Position numbers and translations under genes: made by a program. This document shows, in pieces, positions 33,023 to 41,915 of a stretch of DNA of 64,000 bases. Where the stretch lies: positions 13,304-77,303 of the forward strand of contig JANRJA010000092.1 in the NCBI GenBank assembly GCA_033764315.1, given 5' to 3'. The notes under the pieces were generated by a model. The model searched no databases. It had not been told where the DNA came from and worked only from the letters and a program-made list of their open reading frames with translations. How positions within the stretch are numbered: position 1 is the first letter of the stretch; every line of letters begins with the position of its first letter. The stretch comes from Oculatellaceae cyanobacterium bins.114. GTDB taxonomy: Bacteria > Cyanobacteriota > Cyanobacteriia > Elainellales > Elainellaceae.

Positions 33023-33091
33023 GGTACTGTAGATTTTGATATGGGCAGTACTGGACTCGAACCAGTGACATCCTGCTTGTAAGGCAGGCGC
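32999..33091 (-). repeat. att direct repeat (duplicated 3' part of tRNA-Val plus 43 bp flank)
   Basis: 93 bp matching 49892-49984 with 3 mismatches. Confidence 0.95.
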
Positions 33092-33182
33092 ATCCCTATT
33101 CTAAAAGGCTCTGGAGTGCCTATAAAAGCGTATTCCATCCTGTAGGGGTCTATGCTCTGGACTAAACTCTGGACTGGTTACG

Positions 33183-33809
33183 ATGGCTTGTCTGACCCCT
33201 GATCCAACAGACAGGACGATGAAGAAAATAAGAGTCAAAGTCAGTATGACCCCAGAAATTAAAAGGGCACTAGAGGAAGTTTCGGATTATTTAGGATTAC
33301 CTTTGTCCCAACTGCTGTTAGACTCTGCAATTGATCGTTGGCTACACAAACGCCCCCCTATCACTAAAGATCTAGGGCTATTATGCGATCGGCTTAGGTC
33401 GCTAGAGTCAATCCTAAATAAGCTAGACCAGCCCCAAACCTCTAAACCTCAACCCATCTGCAAGCCTAAGAGATCCGCTCTAGACCCCCTCAACCCTGTA
33501 CTGCCTAATCAGTCTCTCTCTGCGCTCACAACGATTGACCAAGCCCTTACAAATGGCAAGCCTTTACACATTGACAACCTTGTGAGCAGGTTTCGAGGTG
33601 ACAAGGTCATGAAAGCTCGGTTAAGTCAGTTGGGTGGAAGGGATGGAAAGCTGTTTGAGGGCAGTCTAAGCCACGCCCAAAAGGTTGAGGAGGTTACAGT
33701 CCGACTAGACCCAGAAGGGTTGTCTTGGATGCCAGTGGACAAAGATCGGCTTTACTGGAAACAGATGATGGCTAACGAGTTTTGTAAGGCTGTATTAACT
33801 AAATCCTAA
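33183..33809 (+). CDS. Hypothetical protein, N-terminal RHH-like segment
   Basis: RVKVSMTPEIKRALEEVSDYLGLPLSQLL resembles a ribbon-helix-helix. Confidence 0.6.
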   Translation: MACLTPDPTDRTMKKIRVKVSMTPEIKRALEEVSDYLGLPLSQLLLDSAIDRWLHKRPPITKDLGLLCDRLRSLESILNKLDQPQTSKPQPICKPKRSALDPLNPVLPNQSLSALTTIDQALTNGKPLHIDNLVSRFRGDKVMKARLSQLGGRDGKLFEGSLSHAQKVEEVTVRLDPEGLSWMPVDKDRLYWKQMMANEFCKAVLTKS

Positions 33810-34316
33810 AGGTCATCAACTTTTTAGGAGGATGCGATTGCGTCAATTTAGGATAATATTTCGGTGGATGTGCACCCTGACCATCGGCAATGAAGCCATG
33901 AACTGTCACACTGAGATGAAAATGCAAACCACTCACTGACGATCGCTTCAGTCCTATTTAGTCCAGTGCTAGTCCAGAGGTATTAACACTAATCCTAGAA
34001 ACTAATCTCAGCAATGATTAGAAACTCATTGATTATTTGCACATCAGGCAGTTAGTCAAGCCAAAAATGGCTGAAACCATTGAAATCTCGTTATTGTGCC
34101 AGTTTGGGCATTAGTCCAGAGTCCTGAGAGCAGTCTTATTGGATTAAACGTCTAGACTGTTCAGTCTAGTTTGCGATCGCAAATCCCTACACACTTCAGA
34201 TTATCTTCCTACATAAGATTTTTACCAAACTAAGCACGATATCTCCGGGATTCTACTAGGAATTTTGTAGGATGCTTCAGATTGTTGCAACCCAGTAACT
34301 CAAGTGAGTCGGAAAT

Positions 34317-34970
34317 ATGGCGAAAGAAGAATACAGGCAACTGATTAAAGCTAAAGGGCACTTACCCACTGGTATTTTGGGTCAAGACTTTCCCGTAGAC
34401 TTCATCGTCAAGTTTTTAGAGGACAATTTAGCCCTTGGCGAGTCTTTGCTCGATGTAGTAGGGGTTAGGTTTCAGGGAAAAAATACATTTTTAGTTCTAA
34501 CATCCAAAAGGCTTATCTGCGTTTCTATAAAACCACACACTATTCTTGGGAAAAACTTTGAACTACCGCTGACCTTAAATTACAACCAAATAGAGAAAAT
34601 TTTTATCGCACCAAAAAGCGGAGTTCTTGTAAAAGGAAAAAGCACTGAGTTTAGTATGTATTTTGTCCAACTCAAGGAAGTGCAAAACTTTTCAGAGCCA
34701 CTTGAAAAATTAGGGATTAAAGTTGAAACACTCACTGCCATTCCTTCAGACAAGCATGAGAAAAGAATAATGCTTCAGGGGACTGCTGTGGTCATAATCA
34801 TAGTAGTTCTATTTGGTAGTTGCATTTATAGATCAATCACCAGTCCTGAACCTGTCAACCCTGGCGCAAGCTCAGAGGAGATTGAAGCGTGTTTAAGGCG
34901 ATATATTCAGGGTAGTACCGTAGAACCTCATGAAATCGAAGAAGGACGTAGAAGGTGTGCCCCTCGTTAG
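34317..34970 (+). CDS. Hypothetical protein, bacterial PH-like domain plus one TM
   Basis: FLVLTSKRLI motif; TM AVVIIIVVLFGSC. Confidence 0.6.
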   Translation: MAKEEYRQLIKAKGHLPTGILGQDFPVDFIVKFLEDNLALGESLLDVVGVRFQGKNTFLVLTSKRLICVSIKPHTILGKNFELPLTLNYNQIEKIFIAPKSGVLVKGKSTEFSMYFVQLKEVQNFSEPLEKLGIKVETLTAIPSDKHEKRIMLQGTAVVIIIVVLFGSCIYRSITSPEPVNPGASSEEIEACLRRYIQGSTVEPHEIEEGRRRCAPR

Positions 34971-35055
34971 CTTTTAGGGTTGAAATTACAAAATTCTTTT
35001 ATCCCTAGATTATTAGTTTGCGTCAGTTTCCTTGCTAACCTCCAAAGCAGCAAAA

Positions 35056-35083
35056 AGGGTGTCTTTACTAGTAAAGACACCCT
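35056..35083. terminator. Hairpin terminator between convergent genes
   Basis: AGGGTGTCTTTAC-TA-GTAAAGACACCCT preceded by an A-run. Confidence 0.65.
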
Positions 35084-35113
35084 CTGATGATTAGAGTCAC
35101 TAGTTAGCCAGCT

Positions 35114-35473
35114 TTAGCAGTTCTCAATTAAAAACCAGTTCAGTACTGCGCTTTGCTGATCTTCGGAAACGAAGCTAATCAATCCCTTCAATGCTAAGAC
35201 TTCAGCGGCTTCAATATCCTGTTCTCCAAATGTGATTAAAGAGAACTTGTCGTAGCCAGATCCAGGATCAACCATAAAGCCCTCGCAAGACACTGTAAGC
35301 AACCCATTCAAAAGTTCATGCCCTTCTAGGGAGAGGTTAAAGCGATCGCAGATTCCCTGAGCTAGCTTATTGACATAAAGCTGCATCATTTTTCCACGTT
35401 CCTGTCTCAACTTCACAGTAAAGTGACTGGGGTGTTGACAACAGGCTTCAGATTTAGAATTATTTCGAGACAT
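35114..35473 (-). CDS. Hypothetical protein
   Basis: ORF in a co-oriented cluster. Confidence 0.55.
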   Translation of the reverse strand: MSRNNSKSEACCQHPSHFTVKLRQERGKMMQLYVNKLAQGICDRFNLSLEGHELLNGLLTVSCEGFMVDPGSGYDKFSLITFGEQDIEAAEVLALKGLISFVSEDQQSAVLNWFLIENC

Positions 35474-35490
35474 ACTTGGTAATCCTTGAT

Positions 35491-35811
35491 TTAAGCGGCA
35501 ATTACTTCTTGTAACTTAGCGGACTTTTTACGCGCCTCAACATATCGCCATGTACCGCTTGGGAAGTGAAGATTGAGGATGTTCAGGACAACGGCAAAGC
35601 CACCGTTACCAGGACAAAGCAGGTCAATCACCAGACCTTCACCAGTGATCCGGTTCTCAATAATCACCAGTAGTTCGCAGTACCCATAGGCGTATCGCTG
35701 GGTTTGATCAGCAATGAGATTGAAGCCGTTGATTTCAACTGTGCGATCGCCTTTGAAAATAGTCTTTTCAGCAGGTATCACGGGCTTTTTGAGAGCAATT
35801 TGAGTGGTCAT
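35491..35811 (-). CDS. Hypothetical protein
   Basis: GGAG RBS; ORF track. Confidence 0.6.
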   Translation of the reverse strand: MTTQIALKKPVIPAEKTIFKGDRTVEINGFNLIADQTQRYAYGYCELLVIIENRITGEGLVIDLLCPGNGGFAVVLNILNLHFPSGTWRYVEARKKSAKLQEVIAA

Positions 35812-35875
35812 CGGGTAAACTCCAGATAGGTCATTAATTTGGTCTGGGGAGGTGTTACAGCACCTCCCTTTTTCA

Positions 35876-36097
35876 TCACTCAGTCAAGTAGGGACGGTCT
35901 GAAACGAATTGTTTATATTCCTTCCAGAATTGATCCCAATCTTTGGGAATCTCGGACTGATCACCGTTGTCGGTAATCTTTACCCCTGTCATTTCTTCGA
36001 GTTGAGCAATTACCGCGTCAACCTCTGCATCTAGGGAGTCGAAGTCAGTAGGGAAATCCTCAACCTCCACAAACCCGTCAGGAATCAAGTAATCCAT
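35876..36097 (-). CDS. Small acidic hypothetical protein
   Basis: Strong AGGAGG RBS; very acidic sequence. Confidence 0.6.
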   Translation of the reverse strand: MDYLIPDGFVEVEDFPTDFDSLDAEVDAVIAQLEEMTGVKITDNGDQSEIPKDWDQFWKEYKQFVSDRPYLTE

Positions 36098-36218
36098 CGG
36101 TCAAACCTCCTTTGCTAAACGGTTTCATTGAATTTGGGCTTTGTCCTCAGTCGCAGATCCCAACCTGCCGGGGAACCCTTTTAGTGGGTAGGTGCAACCC
36201 TCGTGTCTTAATAGTAAT

Positions 36219-36330
36219 CCCGGTATACCGGGAATGACAAGAGTTTTTATATTAGTATTTCCCGGTATACCGGGAAACTTGCATAAACAGAACTCATTAA
36301 TTGAATTACTGTAATCCCTGGTATACCGGG
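36219..36330. promoter_or_regulatory. Three palindromic operator-like sites CCCGGTATACCGGG
   Basis: Copies at 36219-36232, 36261-36274 and 36317-36330 (one mismatch) between divergent genes. Confidence 0.75.
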
Positions 36331-36363
36331 ATATAATTAGACTGATTACAACGTGACATATAC

Positions 36364-36600
36364 TTGAGGAGAAAACCTATTGTGCTGACAGTGGCGAATC
36401 AAGATCCCGTACTCTCTGACGAGTTCAAAAAAGCTCAAATCCCCAAGGATCAGCGGTTTGAGCTATCAAAAAAGCCGTATTGTTTGAAGCTTCCGATCAA
36501 CATTGATCAATGGTTGCGATCGCATCCCAACGGTGTAGAGATTGCCAGGAATGCCCTCATTCAGGCAGTTAACGAGCATCAACAATCTGGTGAAGAGTGA
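36364..36600 (+). CDS. Small putative DNA-binding protein
   Basis: KPYCLKLPINIDQWLRS...IARNALIQAV is RHH-like; start uncertain. Confidence 0.55.
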   Translation: MRRKPIVLTVANQDPVLSDEFKKAQIPKDQRFELSKKPYCLKLPINIDQWLRSHPNGVEIARNALIQAVNEHQQSGEE

Positions 36601-36609
36601 GGCAACGCC

Positions 36610-36858
36610 ATGAGTAAACCGTCCCTGACCCAATTGGTTGATGTTTTCTGTAGGACTGAGGAGGATGATTTTGACTTAGCCTACAGTTCAATTCGAGAAC
36701 TTCTTTCACGGCACTCAGCAGCAGTAATTCTAAAAACTGTCGCATCTGCACTGTTAGATGAATTACAAGAGGAAACAACCCTTGCAAACAAAGATGATTT
36801 GTCTATGTACGGTAATGCTTTAGATGATCTGGTAGAACGACTGTATAAAGGTTCGTAA
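36610..36858 (+). CDS. Hypothetical protein
   Basis: GAGG RBS; followed by a hairpin at about 36886-36917. Confidence 0.55.
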   Translation: MSKPSLTQLVDVFCRTEEDDFDLAYSSIRELLSRHSAAVILKTVASALLDELQEETTLANKDDLSMYGNALDDLVERLYKGS

Positions 36859-36940
36859 CTCTTGACCCTCTGTTACCCATAAAACAACCCTCAGAGTAAT
36901 CACCACACTGAGGGTTTTCGCTTGTTATAGGGCAGTTCCA

Positions 36941-38188
36941 TCACTTGCAACTTGAACCATCAAACCCTTTGAAGTCGAGGTAATTTATGGGATTCTCAGG
37001 CGTTCCATTGCGGTGAATTTCCAGGTGGAGGTGTGAGCCTGTTGAGAGTCCAGTAGTTCCCATTAGGGCGATAACTTGACCCTGAGAAACGCGATCGCCC
37101 TGCTTCACCATTAGTTGCTGACTGTGGGCGTAAAGGCTTTCCAGTCCATCACCGTGGTCAATCACAACCTTATACCCAAAACCATCACCAGCATCACCAG
37201 CCGTCACCACAGTGCCAGATGCGATCGCCCTGATTGGGGTTCCTGTTGCTCCTGATAGGTCAATCCCTAAATGAGGTCTTACCACCTTAAGAACCGGATG
37301 CAAGCGATCAGGGTCAAAGCAGGATGAAACAGTAGCCTCGTTGGGTGAGAGTGGTAGAGCAAGCGTGGTAGTCGTTGCACCTCTGGCAGAGAGAACAGAG
37401 GCGATCGCCTTCATCCGTCTGCTCTGGTCGTGCTCAATCGTCACACCTACAGCAGCAAGACCAGGGGCATCGCCTTCAAAACTTGCGATTCTGGCACATA
37501 GGATTAAGTCATCCCCAACCTTGCCTGAGTCTTGGCATCGCTTAAGGTACTCAGCAAAGCTTGCTCCGGCACGTGGGCTTTGATTGGTTAAGTCTGCCAA
37601 GTTGAGAATAGTGGCTGTATCGGGTGTGATGCCTAACTGCTCCAACTCCAACAACTCAGGCTCAATTTGGCTTTTGAGTCGTCGGATCTGCACCTTATCG
37701 GCTTCCTGTGGTGAGGATGCACCATGAATGTAACTGAACGTCCCCAGGTTTAGATAACCGCTGTCATAGTGCCCATTAAATGCGGATGTAGTCCCTCCAT
37801 CAGCGGTTCTCGTTCCTTCTGAAACACCAATGGCGATCGCTGCTAGGGAATCAGAGCCACCATCAAAGTGAGACTCCCATGAAACATTCTCAGTCGTGGC
37901 ACCATCGCAAATCTCAAAGGGCATAGCCGCTCTACCCCAAGCAGGCAGGAGAGAGCAGCTATTATTCACGATCCAATCGAGTGAGGCTACTGTGAAACAA
38001 GTAGTCGCACAGACAAAGCAAAGGATCGCATCATTCCACAAAGCCTGCCAGGTCACAGCATCTTCTACAGCGCCGACCTGCTTGCTGATCCGCTTGTTGG
38101 ACTTGGCGATCGCTCCCTGTTGCCGTTCGATTCGTTCGAGTCGGTCTGAGATGGTGTTGAGTTGTTTGGCAATGTCGGTGGATTCCAT
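36941..38188 (-). CDS. Peptidoglycan hydrolase: lysozyme-like domain + M23 metallopeptidase
   Basis: M23 motifs HLGID, YAH and STGSHLHLEI; central AIGVSEGTRT..G resembles the Glu motif of lambda-type lysozymes (inferred). Confidence 0.85.
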   Translation of the reverse strand: MESTDIAKQLNTISDRLERIERQQGAIAKSNKRISKQVGAVEDAVTWQALWNDAILCFVCATTCFTVASLDWIVNNSCSLLPAWGRAAMPFEICDGATTENVSWESHFDGGSDSLAAIAIGVSEGTRTADGGTTSAFNGHYDSGYLNLGTFSYIHGASSPQEADKVQIRRLKSQIEPELLELEQLGITPDTATILNLADLTNQSPRAGASFAEYLKRCQDSGKVGDDLILCARIASFEGDAPGLAAVGVTIEHDQSRRMKAIASVLSARGATTTTLALPLSPNEATVSSCFDPDRLHPVLKVVRPHLGIDLSGATGTPIRAIASGTVVTAGDAGDGFGYKVVIDHGDGLESLYAHSQQLMVKQGDRVSQGQVIALMGTTGLSTGSHLHLEIHRNGTPENPINYLDFKGFDGSSCK

Positions 38189-38280
38189 CGTTCTACCTGA
38201 TCGGGTAATGCTACGCGAATGACAACGAAAACAGTCAGCCCTAAGAGGGTCAATCTCAAGCTGTTAATCAATGCCGTCAT
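38065..38280 (-). CDS. Small single-TM protein, or frameshifted N-terminus of the M23 gene
   Basis: ATGA-coupled to the upstream ORF; TM LTLLGLTVFVVI; overlaps the M23 ORF out of frame. Confidence 0.45.
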   Translation of the reverse strand: MTALINSLRLTLLGLTVFVVIRVALPDQVERWNPPTLPNNSTPSQTDSNESNGNRERSPSPTSGSASRSAL

Positions 38281-38495
38281 AGGTCATTCCCTCCCTGATC
38301 AGAAGGCGTCGGATCTGCATCCTGACGTGTTTCTGGCGATTCCCATGAAGCAGGCTGACGCGTGATAATCTCTTGCACAGTTCCAACAACGTTCAGCACA
38401 ATCCCGTTAATGTTGATAGAGCCATCAGCTAGACACCGCAATAGAACAGGGATACCGACGATTACAATCGCGATCGCACCGATTAGATTTTTCAT
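38277..38495 (-). CDS. Small single-TM protein
   Basis: N-terminal hydrophobic helix; GGAG RBS. Confidence 0.6.
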   Translation of the reverse strand: MKNLIGAIAIVIVGIPVLLRCLADGSININGIVLNVVGTVQEIITRQPASWESPETRQDADPTPSDQGGNDL

Positions 38496-38553
38496 TTTTT
38501 GAGTTCTCCAGAGTCAGTTTCAGTAACCAAAAATTGCCGCAAAAAGTCGTCGC

Positions 38554-39999
38554 CTAAGCCGTCTCAGGGTAGACAAAAGGGTTTTCAAACGATTCTTCAA
38601 ACCCAGTCGTATCAGTTGCCGTAGCCATTCCCTCTGTCTCCCCTCGTCTCCCATCGCCCAATTTCACCGAATTTTCAGGGTTAGGAACCCCTGATCCAAG
38701 GGCTTCAATTTTTGACTTGAACAACAGGTATTTTTGGTTAGTAGCCTTCATCTCTTTTCGGCTTTGACCTGCCACTGTTACCCAAAACTCAGTAATGGCG
38801 ATCGCCTGTTTCCCCTCGCTGACACGCTCCAACATCCGCTTGAGAATCTTGGCTTCAAGTTCAGACGTCCAGAGTTGGTTAAACCACTCCTGATCGGGAT
38901 CTGTAACCGCTTCATCTGCCTCATCAACAAACTCAACTTGTTCAATATGGAGGGCTGGCAGTGCCTTGACTGAAAGAGCCTTATCAGTGAACACAACGCA
39001 CGGTCTAAGGTCTTTAACGACCTTGGGCACGTTGCCCATCTGCCTGATCACCTCATCCACTTGGTTTGTGTCGAGGTTGTCATAGTTGCGTTTGCTCTGG
39101 GATGCGCGATACAAGAGCAGCACTTCGAGCAGTTTGAGCAAGGCTCTAGGGATGCCAGAGCTGCCAACACTCAAGTCATGTAAGCCAAGTAGGAAGGTGA
39201 CATTACCTTGCTTGATACCCCTGTTGCAGATGTTTCTAAGTGACTTAATGATTTCCTCTAAAGCCTTCTCCTCAAGAGAGTCTTTGAAGCTGATCCACTC
39301 ATCAACCAAAAGCAGGATGGGCTTAAACTGCGGTTTGGATCTGCCCTGTTTGATGGCATCGGCTGTTTTTCTGGCACGGGTCGCAACCTCACCAGCAACC
39401 ATATGGATCACAGCCTCGATGTCGGTCATCTCAATGAAAACGACCTTTCCCACTGGCAGGTTAAACCAGGTGTTTGGATCAGCGCCCTCGTGAGATGAAC
39501 CGTAATCCGGGTCAGCGATGTAAATTTCCGCATCCGGATGCTGTTGCAGAAACCGTTGCACTCTCCACAAAAGCAGATGAGTCTTACCATCCTTGCTCTC
39601 ACCGCAGACAATAGCCGATCGCTTCTCAAAGCCCTTAAACCAGTCAGTTTCTAGACCTTGTTTGGCGATGAACTGATCCGCTAACTTTTCACCCATTGGC
39701 ATCTGTTTCAGGGCACTAATCACCAGGCGTTGCTTGCCTTGGGCGATCGCTTGACTGGCAGGTAAAGCAACCTCATTCAGATCACCGATCGCCTCTTGCA
39801 AATATTGGGATGAACCCCTGAAGACATCGACATATTCAAGTTTGCGACGGCTTCTAAGAGCCTCACCCACACCCCACATACTGAATCCGCCTAACCAGTG
39901 ATAGGCACTGCTAGCGGTCACACACATCGTGAAGCTGGCAGCGAATAGACTACCAATCACCAGCTTTTCAGCGTTGCTGACACCGTTAGTAGTCTGCAT
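38554..39999 (-). CDS. Membrane-anchored P-loop ATPase, FtsK/HerA-like
   Basis: N-terminal hydrophobic segments; Walker A GESKDGKT; Walker B ILLLVDE. Confidence 0.75.
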   Translation of the reverse strand: MQTTNGVSNAEKLVIGSLFAASFTMCVTASSAYHWLGGFSMWGVGEALRSRRKLEYVDVFRGSSQYLQEAIGDLNEVALPASQAIAQGKQRLVISALKQMPMGEKLADQFIAKQGLETDWFKGFEKRSAIVCGESKDGKTHLLLWRVQRFLQQHPDAEIYIADPDYGSSHEGADPNTWFNLPVGKVVFIEMTDIEAVIHMVAGEVATRARKTADAIKQGRSKPQFKPILLLVDEWISFKDSLEEKALEEIIKSLRNICNRGIKQGNVTFLLGLHDLSVGSSGIPRALLKLLEVLLLYRASQSKRNYDNLDTNQVDEVIRQMGNVPKVVKDLRPCVVFTDKALSVKALPALHIEQVEFVDEADEAVTDPDQEWFNQLWTSELEAKILKRMLERVSEGKQAIAITEFWVTVAGQSRKEMKATNQKYLLFKSKIEALGSGVPNPENSVKLGDGRRGETEGMATATDTTGFEESFENPFVYPETA

Positions 40000-40495
40000 T
40001 GCCTAAGACCTCCTCAAAAGCTTGGATGAGTGCTGATGGGTTAACCGTGGTTTGGTCGGATGCAACACCACCATTGACAACCCAGTGGTAGGCAACGAGA
40101 CATGCTGACAGTTCAGCAGTCCGGTTGAGCAATTCACCATACTGGACGGCTTCACCCGTCACAGTGCCGTATTGCTGTCTTAGCGAGGCGATGTCACCAG
40201 CAACATCGCGGCAAAGTTTGTCAGTCCATGCGATCGCGTCACCCGATTCTTGAGCCTTGGTGAATAGCTCGACGGCACGAGCATTAATCACCGATCGGAT
40301 CGATTGCGAGTAGATATCTCTTGCCAGTTGTAGATAGGGTGAATTGGCTGAAACAGCGTCACCACTTGAAGGCGACGTTCCAGGGTTGCTTATGGCGATT
40401 GCTGGCTCTTGCCTTGAGGGAGGTGCCGATAGACCCCTGACAATCAGGACAGTCACCAGGGCAACGACAGGAACAGAAATGAACTTGCTAATCAT
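39986..40495 (-). CDS. Hypothetical membrane-anchored/secreted protein
   Basis: N-terminal hydrophobic helix; overlaps both neighbours. Confidence 0.65.
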   Translation of the reverse strand: MISKFISVPVVALVTVLIVRGLSAPPSRQEPAIAISNPGTSPSSGDAVSANSPYLQLARDIYSQSIRSVINARAVELFTKAQESGDAIAWTDKLCRDVAGDIASLRQQYGTVTGEAVQYGELLNRTAELSACLVAYHWVVNGGVASDQTTVNPSALIQAFEEVLGNADY

Positions 40496-40853
40496 GGTGT
40501 TTCACCTCTTCCATGAGTCGTGACCACATTTCAAGCTCTTGCTCACTGAGGAGAGGTTGAGACAGCTTGCTACGGGCAATACGACGCAATGCAGCGCGAT
40601 CGCTTTGGTCAGGTGCAATCACCACACTGAGAGCATAGAAAACCAATGTGGTAATGAGGATGGATGGCAGCAATGCCCACACATCACCTTGGAATCTTCC
40701 CCATTCCTCCAATGGCACCTCGTAATCAGCCGAAATTTTGTGGTAAAGGTCATTCAACCCGTACAGCATCCCCAGGATCACGCCTCCACTGGTGAGCGAG
40801 AATCCAAGGATGCTACCAGGCGTTAAGAGTCGATTGAATCGTTGATGGGTCAT
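40488..40853 (-). CDS. Hypothetical two-TM protein
   Basis: ATG 40853 overlaps the upstream TGA; two hydrophobic segments. Confidence 0.65.
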   Translation of the reverse strand: MTHQRFNRLLTPGSILGFSLTSGGVILGMLYGLNDLYHKISADYEVPLEEWGRFQGDVWALLPSILITTLVFYALSVVIAPDQSDRAALRRIARSKLSQPLLSEQELEMWSRLMEEVKHHD

Positions 40854-41059
40854 GGCTTCATGCCTCCTTTGGTGGGCACAATTAGCCCACAAGCTTTAAG
40901 AGTCCTGATGGCAGTGGCGATCGCTGTCTTCGGTCTGTCAGTGAACTGCTGGATGCGTTCAGGTGTGGCTACTGCATCACAGGCATTAATCGCGGCAATC
41001 GCACCCCAAACGTCTGTCTCTGCGTCCGTGAACGGTCGGATTTGATAGGCAGTTGGCAT
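40850..41059 (-). CDS. Small winged-helix-like protein
   Basis: TPERIQQFTDRPKTAIATAIRTLKACGLI resembles a wHTH; GAGGAGG RBS. Confidence 0.55.
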   Translation of the reverse strand: MPTAYQIRPFTDAETDVWGAIAAINACDAVATPERIQQFTDRPKTAIATAIRTLKACGLIVPTKGGMKP

Positions 41060-41072
41060 TGTTCAACCCTCC

Positions 41073-41258
41073 TCAAACCAGAGCTAAGAAGTGAACGCAG
41101 AGATTCACCAGGTGTTGTTGTCCCTGGTTTGGTGCAATGCCAAAAATCCGCCATCGAGCGAGAGCAATGGCAGCGATCGCGGCTGCATCGATGGGGATTC
41201 CTACAGAAGTAAAGCTTTGAAAGATTTCTCGTCGAAGTTGTTTGAAATCGGCATTCAT
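41073..41258 (-). CDS. Hypothetical protein
   Basis: GGAG RBS; lies in the operon. Confidence 0.5.
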   Translation of the reverse strand: MNADFKQLRREIFQSFTSVGIPIDAAAIAAIALARWRIFGIAPNQGQQHLVNLCVHFLALV

Positions 41259-41337
41259 AATGGTCGTATCTCCATTTTTGAAAGGGTGGGGATGGGCTAC
41301 TGCTGAACTTGTCGAGGGTCACAGCAGTAGCTTTCGA

Positions 41338-41616
41338 TTACGCTGCATCGGATTGAAACGAGCGAATCCACTGCAAGATGCGATCGCGGTTGTTGTCGGT
41401 AATCTGCTCATCACCTTTGATAAGGTCTGCACAGCTTGCGATTCGATAGAGGCAGTCATCAGCGTCGTATTTGCCGCTGTTGAGGCGTTGAATCTGGGTT
41501 GTGATGTAGTCGCGATCGGAGCCTGAAAGACTTGTCAGGAGGTTTGGCGATACTTGAGCAGGTTTTAAGGTTGGATCGTGCTCCATTAGCCATTTACGAA
41601 AGCTTTTGAGAATCAT
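41338..41616 (-). CDS. Hypothetical protein
   Basis: AGGAG RBS; lies in the operon. Confidence 0.6.
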   Translation of the reverse strand: MILKSFRKWLMEHDPTLKPAQVSPNLLTSLSGSDRDYITTQIQRLNSGKYDADDCLYRIASCADLIKGDEQITDNNRDRILQWIRSFQSDAA

Positions 41617-41660
41617 GTGTGGTGTCTCCTGTGGTGAATCCGTGGTGTTTTCGCTGCCGA

Positions 41661-41915
41661 TTAAAAACCCTGAATGGGATCTGAGAACTTGAAATCGGGT
41701 TCAACTTGTGACGATGACGATGGACTGTAATAGTTGGCAGGGTTGGGATCGGCGTATCGGGTCGGGTCTAATTCCCAGGTTTCAAGTAAATGGCGTCCAT
41801 ACCTGCTCACCATTAGGGCGATCGCTGCACTAGGTGATGTGGTTCGTGTTTTTGCTTGAATCTGGTCAACCACATTTCTGATGTCAGGATCTAGAACAAT
41901 GCGACTCTGACTCAT
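41661..41915 (-). CDS. Putative ParR-like adaptor (84 aa)
   Basis: ATGA-coupled to the ParM-like gene; N-terminal strand-helix-helix pattern and acidic/Pro tail. Function inferred from position. Confidence 0.55.
   Translation of the reverse strand: MSQSRIVLDPDIRNVVDQIQAKTRTTSPSAAIALMVSRYGRHLLETWELDPTRYADPNPANYYSPSSSSQVEPDFKFSDPIQGF

Noticed and set aside
33042..33091. Second tRNA-Val gene
   Set aside because: Lacks the 5' acceptor strand and most of the D arm; it is an att remnant.
36219..36330. CRISPR array
   Set aside because: Only three short palindromes with unequal spacing and no cas genes; fits operators better.
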